A DNA stretch of 22,574 bases from a bacterium (GTDB lineage: Bacteria > CALINM01). Below are positions 1-8,970 of this stretch, piece after piece. The stretch covers positions 1 through 22,574 of the forward strand of contig JBEQAF010000031.1 of NCBI GenBank assembly GCA_041640455.1, written 5' to 3'. The number at the start of each line of letters is the position of its first letter. Within the stretch, counting starts at the first letter, position 1. A program made the position numbers and the translations under genes. The notes beneath the pieces were generated by a model, which saw nothing but the letters and a program-made list of their open reading frames with translations, ran no database searches and had not been told where the DNA came from.

Positions 1-178
1 AAAACAGATACTCCTTAAAAGAGGATATTTTTAGCTCCGTAAGCCTTGCACCAAGTCGCTTTTCTATAATATATTTTGAATTCTCGTCAAAGTAGATGCC
101 GCACTTTTCTTTAATAAAGTTTCTCAACTGTTCGAAATCTTCAGCATTTAATGGAGGTCCCTCTGAAATATTCCACAT
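1..178 (-). CDS. cheR: Chemotaxis methyltransferase CheR, N-terminal part (runs off the window edge)
   Basis: Not in the ORF track. Manual translation from ATG at 178 (TAATG overlap with the HEAT gene stop) gives MWNISEGPPLNAEDFEQLRNFIKEKCGIYFDENSKYIIEKRLGARLTELKISSFKEYLF, a typical CheR N-terminal helical domain, in che operon context. Confidence 0.9.
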   Translation of the reverse strand, partial: MWNISEGPPLNAEDFEQLRNFIKEKCGIYFDENSKYIIEKRLGARLTELKISSFKEYLF

Positions 179-2061
179 TAATCCTTTTCCCCAAAATAAA
201 AATCAAACTCCTCTTTCAGACTAACCGCTCCTTTTTCACGCTCAAGCTCAGTGATTAACCTTTTTGATGTTTCATAATCGCCTGTATCAATAAATGCCCT
301 GAGAAGCTCCCTGTAAATATCGTAATCATCTATCTTCTTGGCTGCATCAATCAGTTTTTCTTTAGAAACAGGTGCTCCTTCCTTTAATAGATCAAGTAAT
401 AGCAGATAAATAAGCGGATTCAGATTAGAAAAGATCTTATCCTCAAGCCTTTTAAAAAGACCCGGCGAGATGTTAAATATACTTCTTATAGCTGCTTTTT
501 TTATATTGTTGTTTTCATCTTCAAGGAAAGAAGCCAGAAACTCTCCTTCTTCAGGGTTATCAATAATATTACCGAGACAAAGGATGGCTTCGTATCTAAC
601 TTCTTCTTCCTCATCGGTGAGTAGCAGGAAAACCTCGTTAATATACTCCTTAAGTTTAAACTCAGATATTATCTTTATAGCTCTTGCCCTAACTGAAGGG
701 TTTATATCCCTTAATGCCATAATAAGTAGTTTCTCGTTAAAGTAGCCGATACGTTTCATCAGTGATAACAGGGAGATGATTTTTTCCTTGTTCCTGCTTT
801 CAAAGATATTAAACGCCAGATCGAGAGGAAAGCTTTCTTTTGATATAATTTTTGAAAGAGATTTAATAGCCTCTTCTCTTACATCCCTGTATTTGTCATC
901 CAGTAGCTCAAACAGACAGGCTATGTCAAAACCATGTATTAACCTGCCCAGAGAAAATGCCACAGCCTGTCTTGTGTGCCCATATTCTGATCTGCATAAA
1001 TTTTTTAAAACCTCTACCCCTTCATCTATCTTAAATAAACCGATTAGATAGGCAAGATATGCCTGAATTCTGCCCTCATAATTATTGATAAGCTCCAGAA
1101 TAATTTTGTAATTTTTAAATCTTCCATAGCTGCTCAGACTTCCAAAAAACTCAAGCGTCTCATCGGTAGCCTTTTCTATGAGGTTTACAAAAAATTGTGG
1201 ATCCCTCGATATGAAAGAGATAAGGGCATATACAAGTTCATCTTCCCTGACACCCTTTAGCAGAGTCAGATAGTTCTCATTAAAGGTAATCGTGTCTCCG
1301 AGATAATCCTGTAGTTTGGGTAGAATCTGGCTATTGTTATTAAATAAACGAAAAACTGCCCTGCTCGCATTCTGCTGAATATAAAAGGATTTCTCTTGAA
1401 ATGACCTCTTTAAAAGCTCCTTCTGGCTCTCCTCATCAAACATATAGAGAATATCAAGGATGGGTTTTCTAAGCTGGGATATCTGCCATAATGGCAGTAT
1501 CTGTTTAGCATCAAAGGGTTTTCCTATCTGTGATAGCGATTCAAGAATTACAAAGGAAAGCCATTCGTTTTTTGGATCAATCATTTTTAAAAGCGGCTCT
1601 ATGGCTATCTGATTTTTTATTTTTCCCAGATTTTCGCAGGCAGAAATAACCACATTCTCGTCTTCATCTTTTAGCGCACTTATTAGAAATTCCGTATATT
1701 TACTGTTGCCTATGTCTCCAATAATATCAAGAACAAACTTTCTTACGTCCGAATCAGCAGTTCCGAATGCGGATATAAGCTTATCCACAACAGGATCACC
1801 TATTTTTGTTAGTGCTTCCTGACAGGCGTTTCTCAGTCCTGCATTATCCTCCGAAAAAAGCCCCTTTATAAGTAGATCCGTTACCTTATCAACTGGATGG
1901 GCTAAGGCTACAGAAACAGCATCTTTTCTTACACGCCAGCTCTCGTCTGACAGGGCAGAATAAATAAATTTAAGATTCTCCTCTGTGGGGGCAAAATCTG
2001 CCCTGATCTCTTCCAGCTTTTTTCTAATTTTTTCTTCCCTGATTACATCCTCTTGGTTCAT
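178..2061 (-). CDS. HEAT/PBS-lyase-like repeat protein, chemosensory-cluster associated
   Basis: 627 aa with repeated units such as LSDESWRVRKDAV, DEDENVVISACENLGKI, DKYRDVREEAIKSL, DINPSVRARAIKII and DEEEEVRYEAILCLG. Confidence 0.9.
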   Translation of the reverse strand: MNQEDVIREEKIRKKLEEIRADFAPTEENLKFIYSALSDESWRVRKDAVSVALAHPVDKVTDLLIKGLFSEDNAGLRNACQEALTKIGDPVVDKLISAFGTADSDVRKFVLDIIGDIGNSKYTEFLISALKDEDENVVISACENLGKIKNQIAIEPLLKMIDPKNEWLSFVILESLSQIGKPFDAKQILPLWQISQLRKPILDILYMFDEESQKELLKRSFQEKSFYIQQNASRAVFRLFNNNSQILPKLQDYLGDTITFNENYLTLLKGVREDELVYALISFISRDPQFFVNLIEKATDETLEFFGSLSSYGRFKNYKIILELINNYEGRIQAYLAYLIGLFKIDEGVEVLKNLCRSEYGHTRQAVAFSLGRLIHGFDIACLFELLDDKYRDVREEAIKSLSKIISKESFPLDLAFNIFESRNKEKIISLLSLMKRIGYFNEKLLIMALRDINPSVRARAIKIISEFKLKEYINEVFLLLTDEEEEVRYEAILCLGNIIDNPEEGEFLASFLEDENNNIKKAAIRSIFNISPGLFKRLEDKIFSNLNPLIYLLLLDLLKEGAPVSKEKLIDAAKKIDDYDIYRELLRAFIDTGDYETSKRLITELEREKGAVSLKEEFDFYFGEKD

Positions 2062-2969
2062 ATCCGATTACCTTCTTTCAGAAGCTCTATAAAGGCATTC
2101 TGAATGTAATCAGCCGCCCTGTCCTGCACTTCTGGTATGCGACTTTTTAAATGATTTATCCCATCGTTAACATCCATCTTAAGAAGCTCTTTATAATTGT
2201 TTATATCAACTTTTTTAATTATTTCCTGATTGTAAAGGGCTATGTCCGAAACTATTAATCTGGCAAGCTTTTTTGCCCGAGCTTCAATATTATCCTCCTT
2301 TTTGATATAGCTATGCTCTGCCTGTCTAATCGTTTCTCTTTTAACATTAATAATTTTATCTATCTCTTTATTCTCGAGAAGTATTTCTCTGTTATCTTTG
2401 AGCACATCCTTTTTAATGAACTCTCTGTCAATCTCCGGTGGCTTATCAATCTTAAGAGGCTTCGAAACCAGCGCCATGATTTTTGACAAAAGCTCGTCGG
2501 GGATATGATGCTTTTCTATGTAATCATCTGCTCCATAAAGATTCTGTGGTTTTCTTTTATATCTGGTTCTGTCATAAATGGAAGCCACAAGAATGATTTT
2601 TGTATCCTTAAGCTCCTGGTTATTTTTTATCTTTTCACATAATTCAAACCCGAACATACCGGGCAGGGCTACATCAATTATGGCTATATTTGGTTTTTCC
2701 TTCTGAATAAGCTGATAGGCTTCCACTCCGTTAGCAGAGGAAAATACTAAAAAATCAAGCTTTTCAACTATCTTTTTGATGATATTTACAACTCTGAAAT
2801 CATCATGAGCTATCACAATTTTTATATTTTTTCCCGAACGATCCTCATCTATCAGACTGATGGTAATAATATGGGAACATTTTTTACATCTGACCGAATA
2901 GTTTTCTTTTGTATTACTGCTGAGATTAAGTTTATATCTGGTTTTGCACTGTGGACAGGAGATTATCAA
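2058..2969 (-). CDS. Response regulator with N-terminal zinc ribbon (MJ0042-type CxxC...CxxC), REC domain and C-terminal helical domain
   Basis: CPQCKTRY...VRCKKCSH; the REC domain retains the phospho-Asp (IAIIDVALPG). The TTG start overlaps the cheW stop (TTGA). Confidence 0.85.
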   Translation of the reverse strand: MIISCPQCKTRYKLNLSSNTKENYSVRCKKCSHIITISLIDEDRSGKNIKIVIAHDDFRVVNIIKKIVEKLDFLVFSSANGVEAYQLIQKEKPNIAIIDVALPGMFGFELCEKIKNNQELKDTKIILVASIYDRTRYKRKPQNLYGADDYIEKHHIPDELLSKIMALVSKPLKIDKPPEIDREFIKKDVLKDNREILLENKEIDKIINVKRETIRQAEHSYIKKEDNIEARAKKLARLIVSDIALYNQEIIKKVDINNYKELLKMDVNDGINHLKSRIPEVQDRAADYIQNAFIELLKEGNRI

Positions 2970-3418
2970 GCCAGCTTCCCCTTTGATATTTCTCTGATGA
3001 GATTTATATCGCTGAATACCTTTTTCTGGTCCACAATAAGTATTATCTTCTCATTAAGGTAAAAACCTCCGAGAAAAAAGTTGGAGTTTATGTGGGTGAT
3101 CAGATTGGGTGTGGGGATAATATCCTCTTTTTTTACGGTTATAATATCCTCTGCATCATCTACATCTATTCCTATGACTCTCTTTAAAAACGACATGACC
3201 ACAATCTTTTTCTTTAAACCCTTCTTCTCGGGAATGCCAAATATTTTTTTCAGATCTATAACGGGCAGAAAAAATCCCCTAAGATGTATTAACCCGGAGA
3301 TATAAGATGGCATATTGGGAACAGGACTGGGAACGGAGTAGGGGATTATCTCCCTGATATCTTTTATATTTAAGGCAAAATACTCCTCATTAAGTTTTAT
3401 GGTCAGGTATTTTTCCAT
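2966..3418 (-). CDS. cheW: Chemotaxis scaffold protein CheW
   Basis: VPNMPSYISGLIHLRGFFLPVIDL is a CheW signature; 150 aa. Confidence 0.93.
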   Translation of the reverse strand: MEKYLTIKLNEEYFALNIKDIREIIPYSVPSPVPNMPSYISGLIHLRGFFLPVIDLKKIFGIPEKKGLKKKIVVMSFLKRVIGIDVDDAEDIITVKKEDIIPTPNLITHINSNFFLGGFYLNEKIILIVDQKKVFSDINLIREISKGKLA

Positions 3419-3419
3419 A

Positions 3420-4058
3420 TTAAAAGCTCAGCACCTTCTCAATATCTATTATCCTTAATGTATTTCCGCCTACTATAGCTATACCTTTTATAAACTCTTT
3501 TTTAGCACCCTGAATGTTGATGGGGGTCTGTTCTAAAAGGGTTGGTGGTATTTTTCTTATCATTGTTATCTCATCCACACATATTCCCACCTTATCGCCG
3601 TTAAAGTTAACAATAACAAATCTTGCCTTTGTTGATATGATGTGCTGTTTAATATCAAGAAGCTTTTTTATATCAAAAAGCGGGAGAACCTCGCCTCTTA
3701 TGGCAAAAACACCCAGTATAAAATCCGAAGCCTTTGGCACATCTGTAATATCCTTAGATTTAGTAATCTCTGAGGCATATTTTATCTCAAGACAGTACTC
3801 CTCTTCTCCCAGCTTGAAACAGAGATATTCCTCCTCTTCAGTCTGTTCTTTTCTGTCAGATTTTTTATAGAGCCTGTCTTCATCAATCAGAGAAATCTCC
3901 ATGTCTATAGCAGGTGACTCCTCTTCAACTGGAAGGACAGGCAACTGCTCAGGCGGAAGCTCTGGTGATTCTGTCAACAGCTTCTCTTCAGACCTGGGCT
4001 GTTCCAATGTTTCTGCTTTTTTTTTCTTAGCCTTTTTTCTGATCTCTGCTATATCCAT
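3420..4058 (-). CDS. cheW: CheW with an N-terminal charged, Pro-rich extension
   Basis: VPKASDFILGVFAIRGEVLPLFDI CheW core after a roughly 75-aa extension. Confidence 0.92.
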   Translation of the reverse strand: MDIAEIRKKAKKKKAETLEQPRSEEKLLTESPELPPEQLPVLPVEEESPAIDMEISLIDEDRLYKKSDRKEQTEEEEYLCFKLGEEEYCLEIKYASEITKSKDITDVPKASDFILGVFAIRGEVLPLFDIKKLLDIKQHIISTKARFVIVNFNGDKVGICVDEITMIRKIPPTLLEQTPINIQGAKKEFIKGIAIVGGNTLRIIDIEKVLSF

Positions 4059-4061
4059 AAG

Positions 4062-4862
4062 CTACCAGCTTATAATCTCTCTCGCTGCCTCCCGGGCAAT
4101 TTCTATATCAATATACTTTTTTTCTTTTTCAAAGGCAATTAATAATGCATTCTGAGCAATATGGTTAATAACTCTCGGTATCCCGTTGGAGGCATCGTAT
4201 ATTATCTTTGCCACTCCATCCTTAAAGGGGTTATAGTTTCCACCAGCCACTTTAAATCTGTGTAAAATATACTCTTTTGTCTCCTGCTCACTGAGCGGAC
4301 CTATATGATAAAAAAAACCCACTCTCTGCCTGAATGCTTCCCAGTTGCCTTTTTTCATCTTTGCCATTAGCTCGGGCTGACCTAAAACTATTATGGATAT
4401 TAGATTCTCATCATCCAGCTGAAAATTGGTAATCAGTCTTATTTCTTCAAATACTTCTCTTGAGTTAATTAGCTGAGCTTCGTCAATAATAAGTATGGGG
4501 ATCTTCCCCTGCTCATAAAATTTATAAAGTATTTCGTAAACCTGCTCCAGAAGATCCTTTTTGTAATATCTTGGTTCTTTTTTTGAAAATCCTTTAACTA
4601 TGGTTCTCAAAAAATTTGTTGGCGTTCCTCGTGGGTTAATAATTACATAGGGGACATAATCGTCATTTAGAGAGTCCAGAAGCTTTCTTGACAGAGTGGT
4701 CTTTCCGCAGCCAATATCCCCTGTAATGATAATTATCTCCTTTTCTTCTGCTCCGTAAAGCATACGTGCTAAAGCCTCTTTATGCTTTTTACTGAGATAT
4801 ATAAACTCTGGGTCAGGAGTTTTAGAAAAGGGCTTTTTCTTTAATCCAAAAAAATCATACAT
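4062..4862 (-). CDS. ExeA/GspA-family AAA ATPase, stand-alone form
   Basis: MYDFFGLKKKPFSKTPDP N-terminus, Walker A GDIGCGKTT, Walker B ILIIDEAQ, LGQPEL and GIPRVIN; no C-terminal peptidoglycan-binding extension. Confidence 0.92.
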   Translation of the reverse strand: MYDFFGLKKKPFSKTPDPEFIYLSKKHKEALARMLYGAEEKEIIIITGDIGCGKTTLSRKLLDSLNDDYVPYVIINPRGTPTNFLRTIVKGFSKKEPRYYKKDLLEQVYEILYKFYEQGKIPILIIDEAQLINSREVFEEIRLITNFQLDDENLISIIVLGQPELMAKMKKGNWEAFRQRVGFFYHIGPLSEQETKEYILHRFKVAGGNYNPFKDGVAKIIYDASNGIPRVINHIAQNALLIAFEKEKKYIDIEIAREAAREIISW

Positions 4863-4865
4863 ACA

Positions 4866-6827
4866 CTACACTCTTGACACCTCTTCAAGTATTCCTGGCG
4901 GATCCAGCACAAGGATAGTCTTACCATATCCTATCTGCGTGGCACCGGCAATTCCTCTTACCCTAACATATTTGCCCATGTTTTTAATTACAATATCTCC
5001 CTGTCCTACTATCTCCTCTGTAACCAGCCCCACCCGCTTTTCTCCAGCTCTTATGATAATAAGGAACTTCACATGTTCAGGTTTCCTGTTAAAGGCAAAC
5101 ACATCCTCGAGATATATGACCGGTATGGCTGTATTTCTGAGATTTATGGCATCTTCACCTGAGATTTTTATAATATCCTGAGGGACTATCTCCACCACCT
5201 CTTCTACAAAGCTGATAGGGACAGCAAAAATTTTTGATGATGTTTTTATAACAATTGCCTGAACTATTATTAAAGTTAGGGGTAGGGTGAGAATGAAGGA
5301 GGTGCCTTCATTTTTTCTGGTCTTAATATCAACCGTACCTCTTAGTCTTGAAAGATTGCTTTTCACCACATCCAGTCCAACACCTCTTCCAGACAGCTCG
5401 CTGGCTGCATCTTTTGTACTGAACCCGGGCATAAAAAGAGATTGAATGAGGTAATCATCGGATATCTCGCTATCTTTGTTTATCTTTCCCATATTTATTA
5501 GCTTTTGTCTTACTTTTTCGAGATCTATACCTCTTCCATCATCTCTGATCTCAATAAATACATTATTCCCCTTCTGATAAGCAAGAAAATCTATCTGCCC
5601 GTATTCTGGCTTGCCAAGGGCTTTTCTTTCTTCCTTTGATTCAATGCCATGGTCAATAGAATTTCTTATAATGTGCATAAGCGGATCTCCCAGCTCTTCC
5701 ACTATAAACTTGTCCAGCTCAGTATCACCGCCCTTTATGGTAATCTTTACCTCTTTTCCAATCTCGTGGGAGATCTTTTTTAGATTTCTTTCCAGCTTTT
5801 CAAAAAGCTGATTAAGCGGCACCATCCTGACAGACATTACCGCTTCCTGAAGTTCGTTGATCTTTTTTTCAAGAGATGTCATTGCCTTTGATATATTAAG
5901 ATTCAGCTCACTTTTCTGGAGCACTCCTCTGATACTATCAATAAGCCTTACCAGCTCTGATTTCTGTGTTACTATCTCGCCCACAATATTCATCAGATAA
6001 TCAAGCTTTGAGATATCCACCCTTATGGTATTGCTTATGCTTTTAACTTCCTGAGTTGAATCTGATACTATCTCCTTATCCTTCTGCTCCTTTGAAACCG
6101 AATAATTACCTATCTTTTCTATCTCATAAACATATTTATTTTTAATTGGCAGGTTTTCTTCTTTTTCATCAGAGGCAAAAAGGATTGAAAATATAATATT
6201 ACCTGGAGTGTCTGATGGCTTGGGCAGCGTGCTTATAACCTCTCCGTGACCTTTCAGCAGATTGGTTATCTCAGAAAGCTTCTCATCAAACTCATCTATG
6301 AGAAAAACAAACTGAATGGAATATATATTCTTCCCCTTCTTTATATTCTCATAAAGCCTGTGCTCTTCATATTCGGTAAGTACATTTTTAAGACTGTTCA
6401 TCACAGATTCATATCCAGACTCCTTAACAGCCTCGCCTGTAAAAACAAGGCTGATGCTTTCCATAAAGTCATCTATCTGCCAGCTATCATTTCCTTCTGC
6501 CACGATCTTTTTAATTATGCTTATTATTATTTCCTTACCTTTGAGAATTATGTCTATTACCTTTTCCGATATCTCTACCTTGCCCAGCCTAACCTTATCA
6601 AGAAAGCTCTCCAGCTCGTGGGCTAACCGTGAGAGGTTCGAAAAACCAAACATGCCTGAGATCCCTTTCAAAGAGTGAAAATCCCTGAATATGGCATTTA
6701 TCAGATCCGGCGATTCCTTCCCTTCTGCAACAAGGTCTGATAGCTCAAAAAGCTTTTTCTCAATACTCTCTGAAAGCTCTTCCGATTCGGCAATAAACTC
6801 TTTTAATGATTTATTTTCTTTCATCAC
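4866..6827 (-). CDS. cheA: Chemotaxis histidine kinase CheA
   Basis: Hpt IFRDFHSLKG, dimerisation IRVDISKLDYLMNIVGE, N-box HIIRNSIDHGIE, G-boxes DDGRGID and SGRGVGLDVV, C-terminal CheW-like domain. Confidence 0.97.
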   Translation of the reverse strand: MMKENKSLKEFIAESEELSESIEKKLFELSDLVAEGKESPDLINAIFRDFHSLKGISGMFGFSNLSRLAHELESFLDKVRLGKVEISEKVIDIILKGKEIIISIIKKIVAEGNDSWQIDDFMESISLVFTGEAVKESGYESVMNSLKNVLTEYEEHRLYENIKKGKNIYSIQFVFLIDEFDEKLSEITNLLKGHGEVISTLPKPSDTPGNIIFSILFASDEKEENLPIKNKYVYEIEKIGNYSVSKEQKDKEIVSDSTQEVKSISNTIRVDISKLDYLMNIVGEIVTQKSELVRLIDSIRGVLQKSELNLNISKAMTSLEKKINELQEAVMSVRMVPLNQLFEKLERNLKKISHEIGKEVKITIKGGDTELDKFIVEELGDPLMHIIRNSIDHGIESKEERKALGKPEYGQIDFLAYQKGNNVFIEIRDDGRGIDLEKVRQKLINMGKINKDSEISDDYLIQSLFMPGFSTKDAASELSGRGVGLDVVKSNLSRLRGTVDIKTRKNEGTSFILTLPLTLIIVQAIVIKTSSKIFAVPISFVEEVVEIVPQDIIKISGEDAINLRNTAIPVIYLEDVFAFNRKPEHVKFLIIIRAGEKRVGLVTEEIVGQGDIVIKNMGKYVRVRGIAGATQIGYGKTILVLDPPGILEEVSRV

Positions 6828-7201
6828 TACACCTTAAGAAGTTTTTTTACTTCATCTTTTAACGATTGAGATGAGAATGGTTTGGTCAGATAAGCATCCG
6901 CACCGAGGGTAAGGGCTCTTTTCAGGTCATCCTCTTTGGTTTCTGTGGATATCATAAGAACCGGTATATTTTTGTAATATTCTGATTTTTTTACAAAATT
7001 TAAAAGCTCCAGTCCGTTTATATCAGGCATATTTATGTCGGATATAATCAGAGCAATGCCACCTCTCGGCAATTCCTTGAGGGCTTCAAAACCGGTTTTG
7101 GCTTCAAAAAAACTCACATTATCTATATCTTCAAGACAGGATATGATAAAAGACCTCATAGAGGCTGAATCATCAACAATCATTATCCTTTTATTCTCCA
7201 T
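6827..7201 (-). CDS. cheY: Single-domain response regulator, CheY-like
   Basis: IMIVDDS, IISDINMPDINGLELL and YLTKPF; strong SD (GGAGGGAGG) upstream. Confidence 0.92.
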   Translation of the reverse strand: MENKRIMIVDDSASMRSFIISCLEDIDNVSFFEAKTGFEALKELPRGGIALIISDINMPDINGLELLNFVKKSEYYKNIPVLMISTETKEDDLKRALTLGADAYLTKPFSSQSLKDEVKKLLKV

Positions 7202-7255
7202 CTTATAAACCTCCCTCCAGCTGGGTCATGGATACTAATTTGGTTTTTATATAAA

Positions 7256-8881
7256 TTATACCTTCTTTTCAGTTAAAAGTCTTTCCATCACGATTCCTGC
7301 CTGAGTTAAAAATATCTCAAGTGCGTCGGTATCTTCAATAGATTTTTTATGAGGAAGGTTGTCTCCATAAAACAGTATAACCGGCTTGTTGCCAGCATAA
7401 ACAACCGATAGGATTACTTCGGTGGGATAATCATCCCCGATCTTTTTGTAAAGCTCTGTGAAAAAGCTATCACTTTCAGGTTTTCCTCTGAAAGGATATC
7501 TCATTTCAATCACCTCTTTAAGCTTTCCAGCTATCTCAAAGGTTAGAGATTTAACAGTCTTCTGGGGATTATCAATAAACCGTTCGAGACCAAACTGCCC
7601 AAGCCCATACAGCCTGTTCCCCTTAATTGCAAAAACAATCCCTCTGGGCATTATCTCACTGGCAAGCCGAAGAATCATAAGAATAATCTCATTTCCTGAT
7701 ACTGCCTGTGTAAGCTCCTGCATGATGGATTTTAAAATGGTTAAACCAGGTGTGGTGGTTAAAGGCCTGGTTTCCTCTTTAATATTAAACTCTTCCTTTA
7801 TCTCCCTTTCCCAGCTTTCTGTAGTTATGTTGTCAGTCTCGCTTTTTCTGAAAAGCTCTTCCATGTTTTTTTCAAGGGTTTTTACATAAAAACTTAGCTC
7901 GCTTTTAATGTTTTCCTTCGTAATATGGGATCTTTTGGGCTTTTTAGTGAGGCTGATATTAAGAGCTGTCAGCTCCTCCTCTGCTTCTCTGACAGAGTAA
8001 TCAGAAACAGCAAGTATCTTAACATTCCCCCTCTGCCGAATTTTTCTTATAAGATCCAGCCCGCCCAGTATGCCGCTCCCGTCTCTTTTCGGAACAATCA
8101 ATGATGCTATAACCATTACTGGATTAGAGTCTATGGTGTTTATAAACTCTTCTGCCTCTTCCGCAGACTCAAAGGCAAAGACCTCAAAACCCTGGTCTTC
8201 AAAAATCTTTTTTACTCCTATCCTTAGGGGCGTAAAATCATCCACATAAACAATCTTTGGTTTTACCTGAGGCTCCGTAACAGGAAGCGGCTGTGATGTC
8301 TCTTCCTGAATATCCTCCTTGATAGCAAATTCGTGGTAGCATTCATCCCGAGTAACGCCATCCTTACGGCATTCATCTATAATTCGAGAGCCTTCCATAG
8401 CAAGAAACTGAGGGTTCAGCCCTCTACCCTGAGTAAGGTCATACTGAAGCAGATCAACCTTGATGGCTTCACTCTCTATATCATCAGTCAGTTCAAACTT
8501 AAACTCCCCTTCAGACCAGTAAAAAAAGCTGAATACGGATTTTTCTATCAGTTCAATTACACACTCCTCTATCTTCTCCTTAGGTATGTTAAACTCTTTT
8601 ATAAGAAGAGTGCCGAGCTTTTCTCTGTAATTGGTCTCTCTCTGCCGTTCAAGCGCCTTTTTGATAACATCTGCGGACACATAACCTTTTCTTATCAGCA
8701 CCTCACCCAGATTTACTCTGTAGGCATCAGAAAAAGCCTTTATTACCTTGCCCTTATAAAAATAGATTTTTCCTATGCGGTTATTGCTTTTAATATGAAG
8801 TATGCCCGATTTGCCGCTAAGAGCAACTATTTGAAGAATCTCGCCTAATCCGAGGTCCTCTAATTTGCCTACCAGACTCAT
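7256..8881 (-). CDS. DUF4388 (PatA-N-like) domain protein with a central degenerate receiver domain and a C-terminal GAF-like region
   Basis: MSLVGKLEDLGLGEILQIVALSGKSGIL...LGEVLIRKG...FFYWSEGEFKF matches the DUF4388 pattern; KIVYVDD starts a REC-like region. Confidence 0.8.
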   Translation of the reverse strand: MSLVGKLEDLGLGEILQIVALSGKSGILHIKSNNRIGKIYFYKGKVIKAFSDAYRVNLGEVLIRKGYVSADVIKKALERQRETNYREKLGTLLIKEFNIPKEKIEECVIELIEKSVFSFFYWSEGEFKFELTDDIESEAIKVDLLQYDLTQGRGLNPQFLAMEGSRIIDECRKDGVTRDECYHEFAIKEDIQEETSQPLPVTEPQVKPKIVYVDDFTPLRIGVKKIFEDQGFEVFAFESAEEAEEFINTIDSNPVMVIASLIVPKRDGSGILGGLDLIRKIRQRGNVKILAVSDYSVREAEEELTALNISLTKKPKRSHITKENIKSELSFYVKTLEKNMEELFRKSETDNITTESWEREIKEEFNIKEETRPLTTTPGLTILKSIMQELTQAVSGNEIILMILRLASEIMPRGIVFAIKGNRLYGLGQFGLERFIDNPQKTVKSLTFEIAGKLKEVIEMRYPFRGKPESDSFFTELYKKIGDDYPTEVILSVVYAGNKPVILFYGDNLPHKKSIEDTDALEIFLTQAGIVMERLLTEKKV

Positions 8882-8889
8882 AGTAAAGA

Positions 8890-8895
8890 ATTATA
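8890..8895 (-). promoter_or_regulatory. Putative sigma70 -10 box for the che operon
   Basis: TATAAT on the minus strand, 8 nt before the ATG at 8881; no SD sequence; only a weak -35. Confidence 0.45.
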
Positions 8896-8970
8896 TCTTT
8901 TAAAAAACTTTTTTAAAACAATTTATTTAAAATAATATCAGTCATTATCTATCTCTGAGAGGCAGAAATA

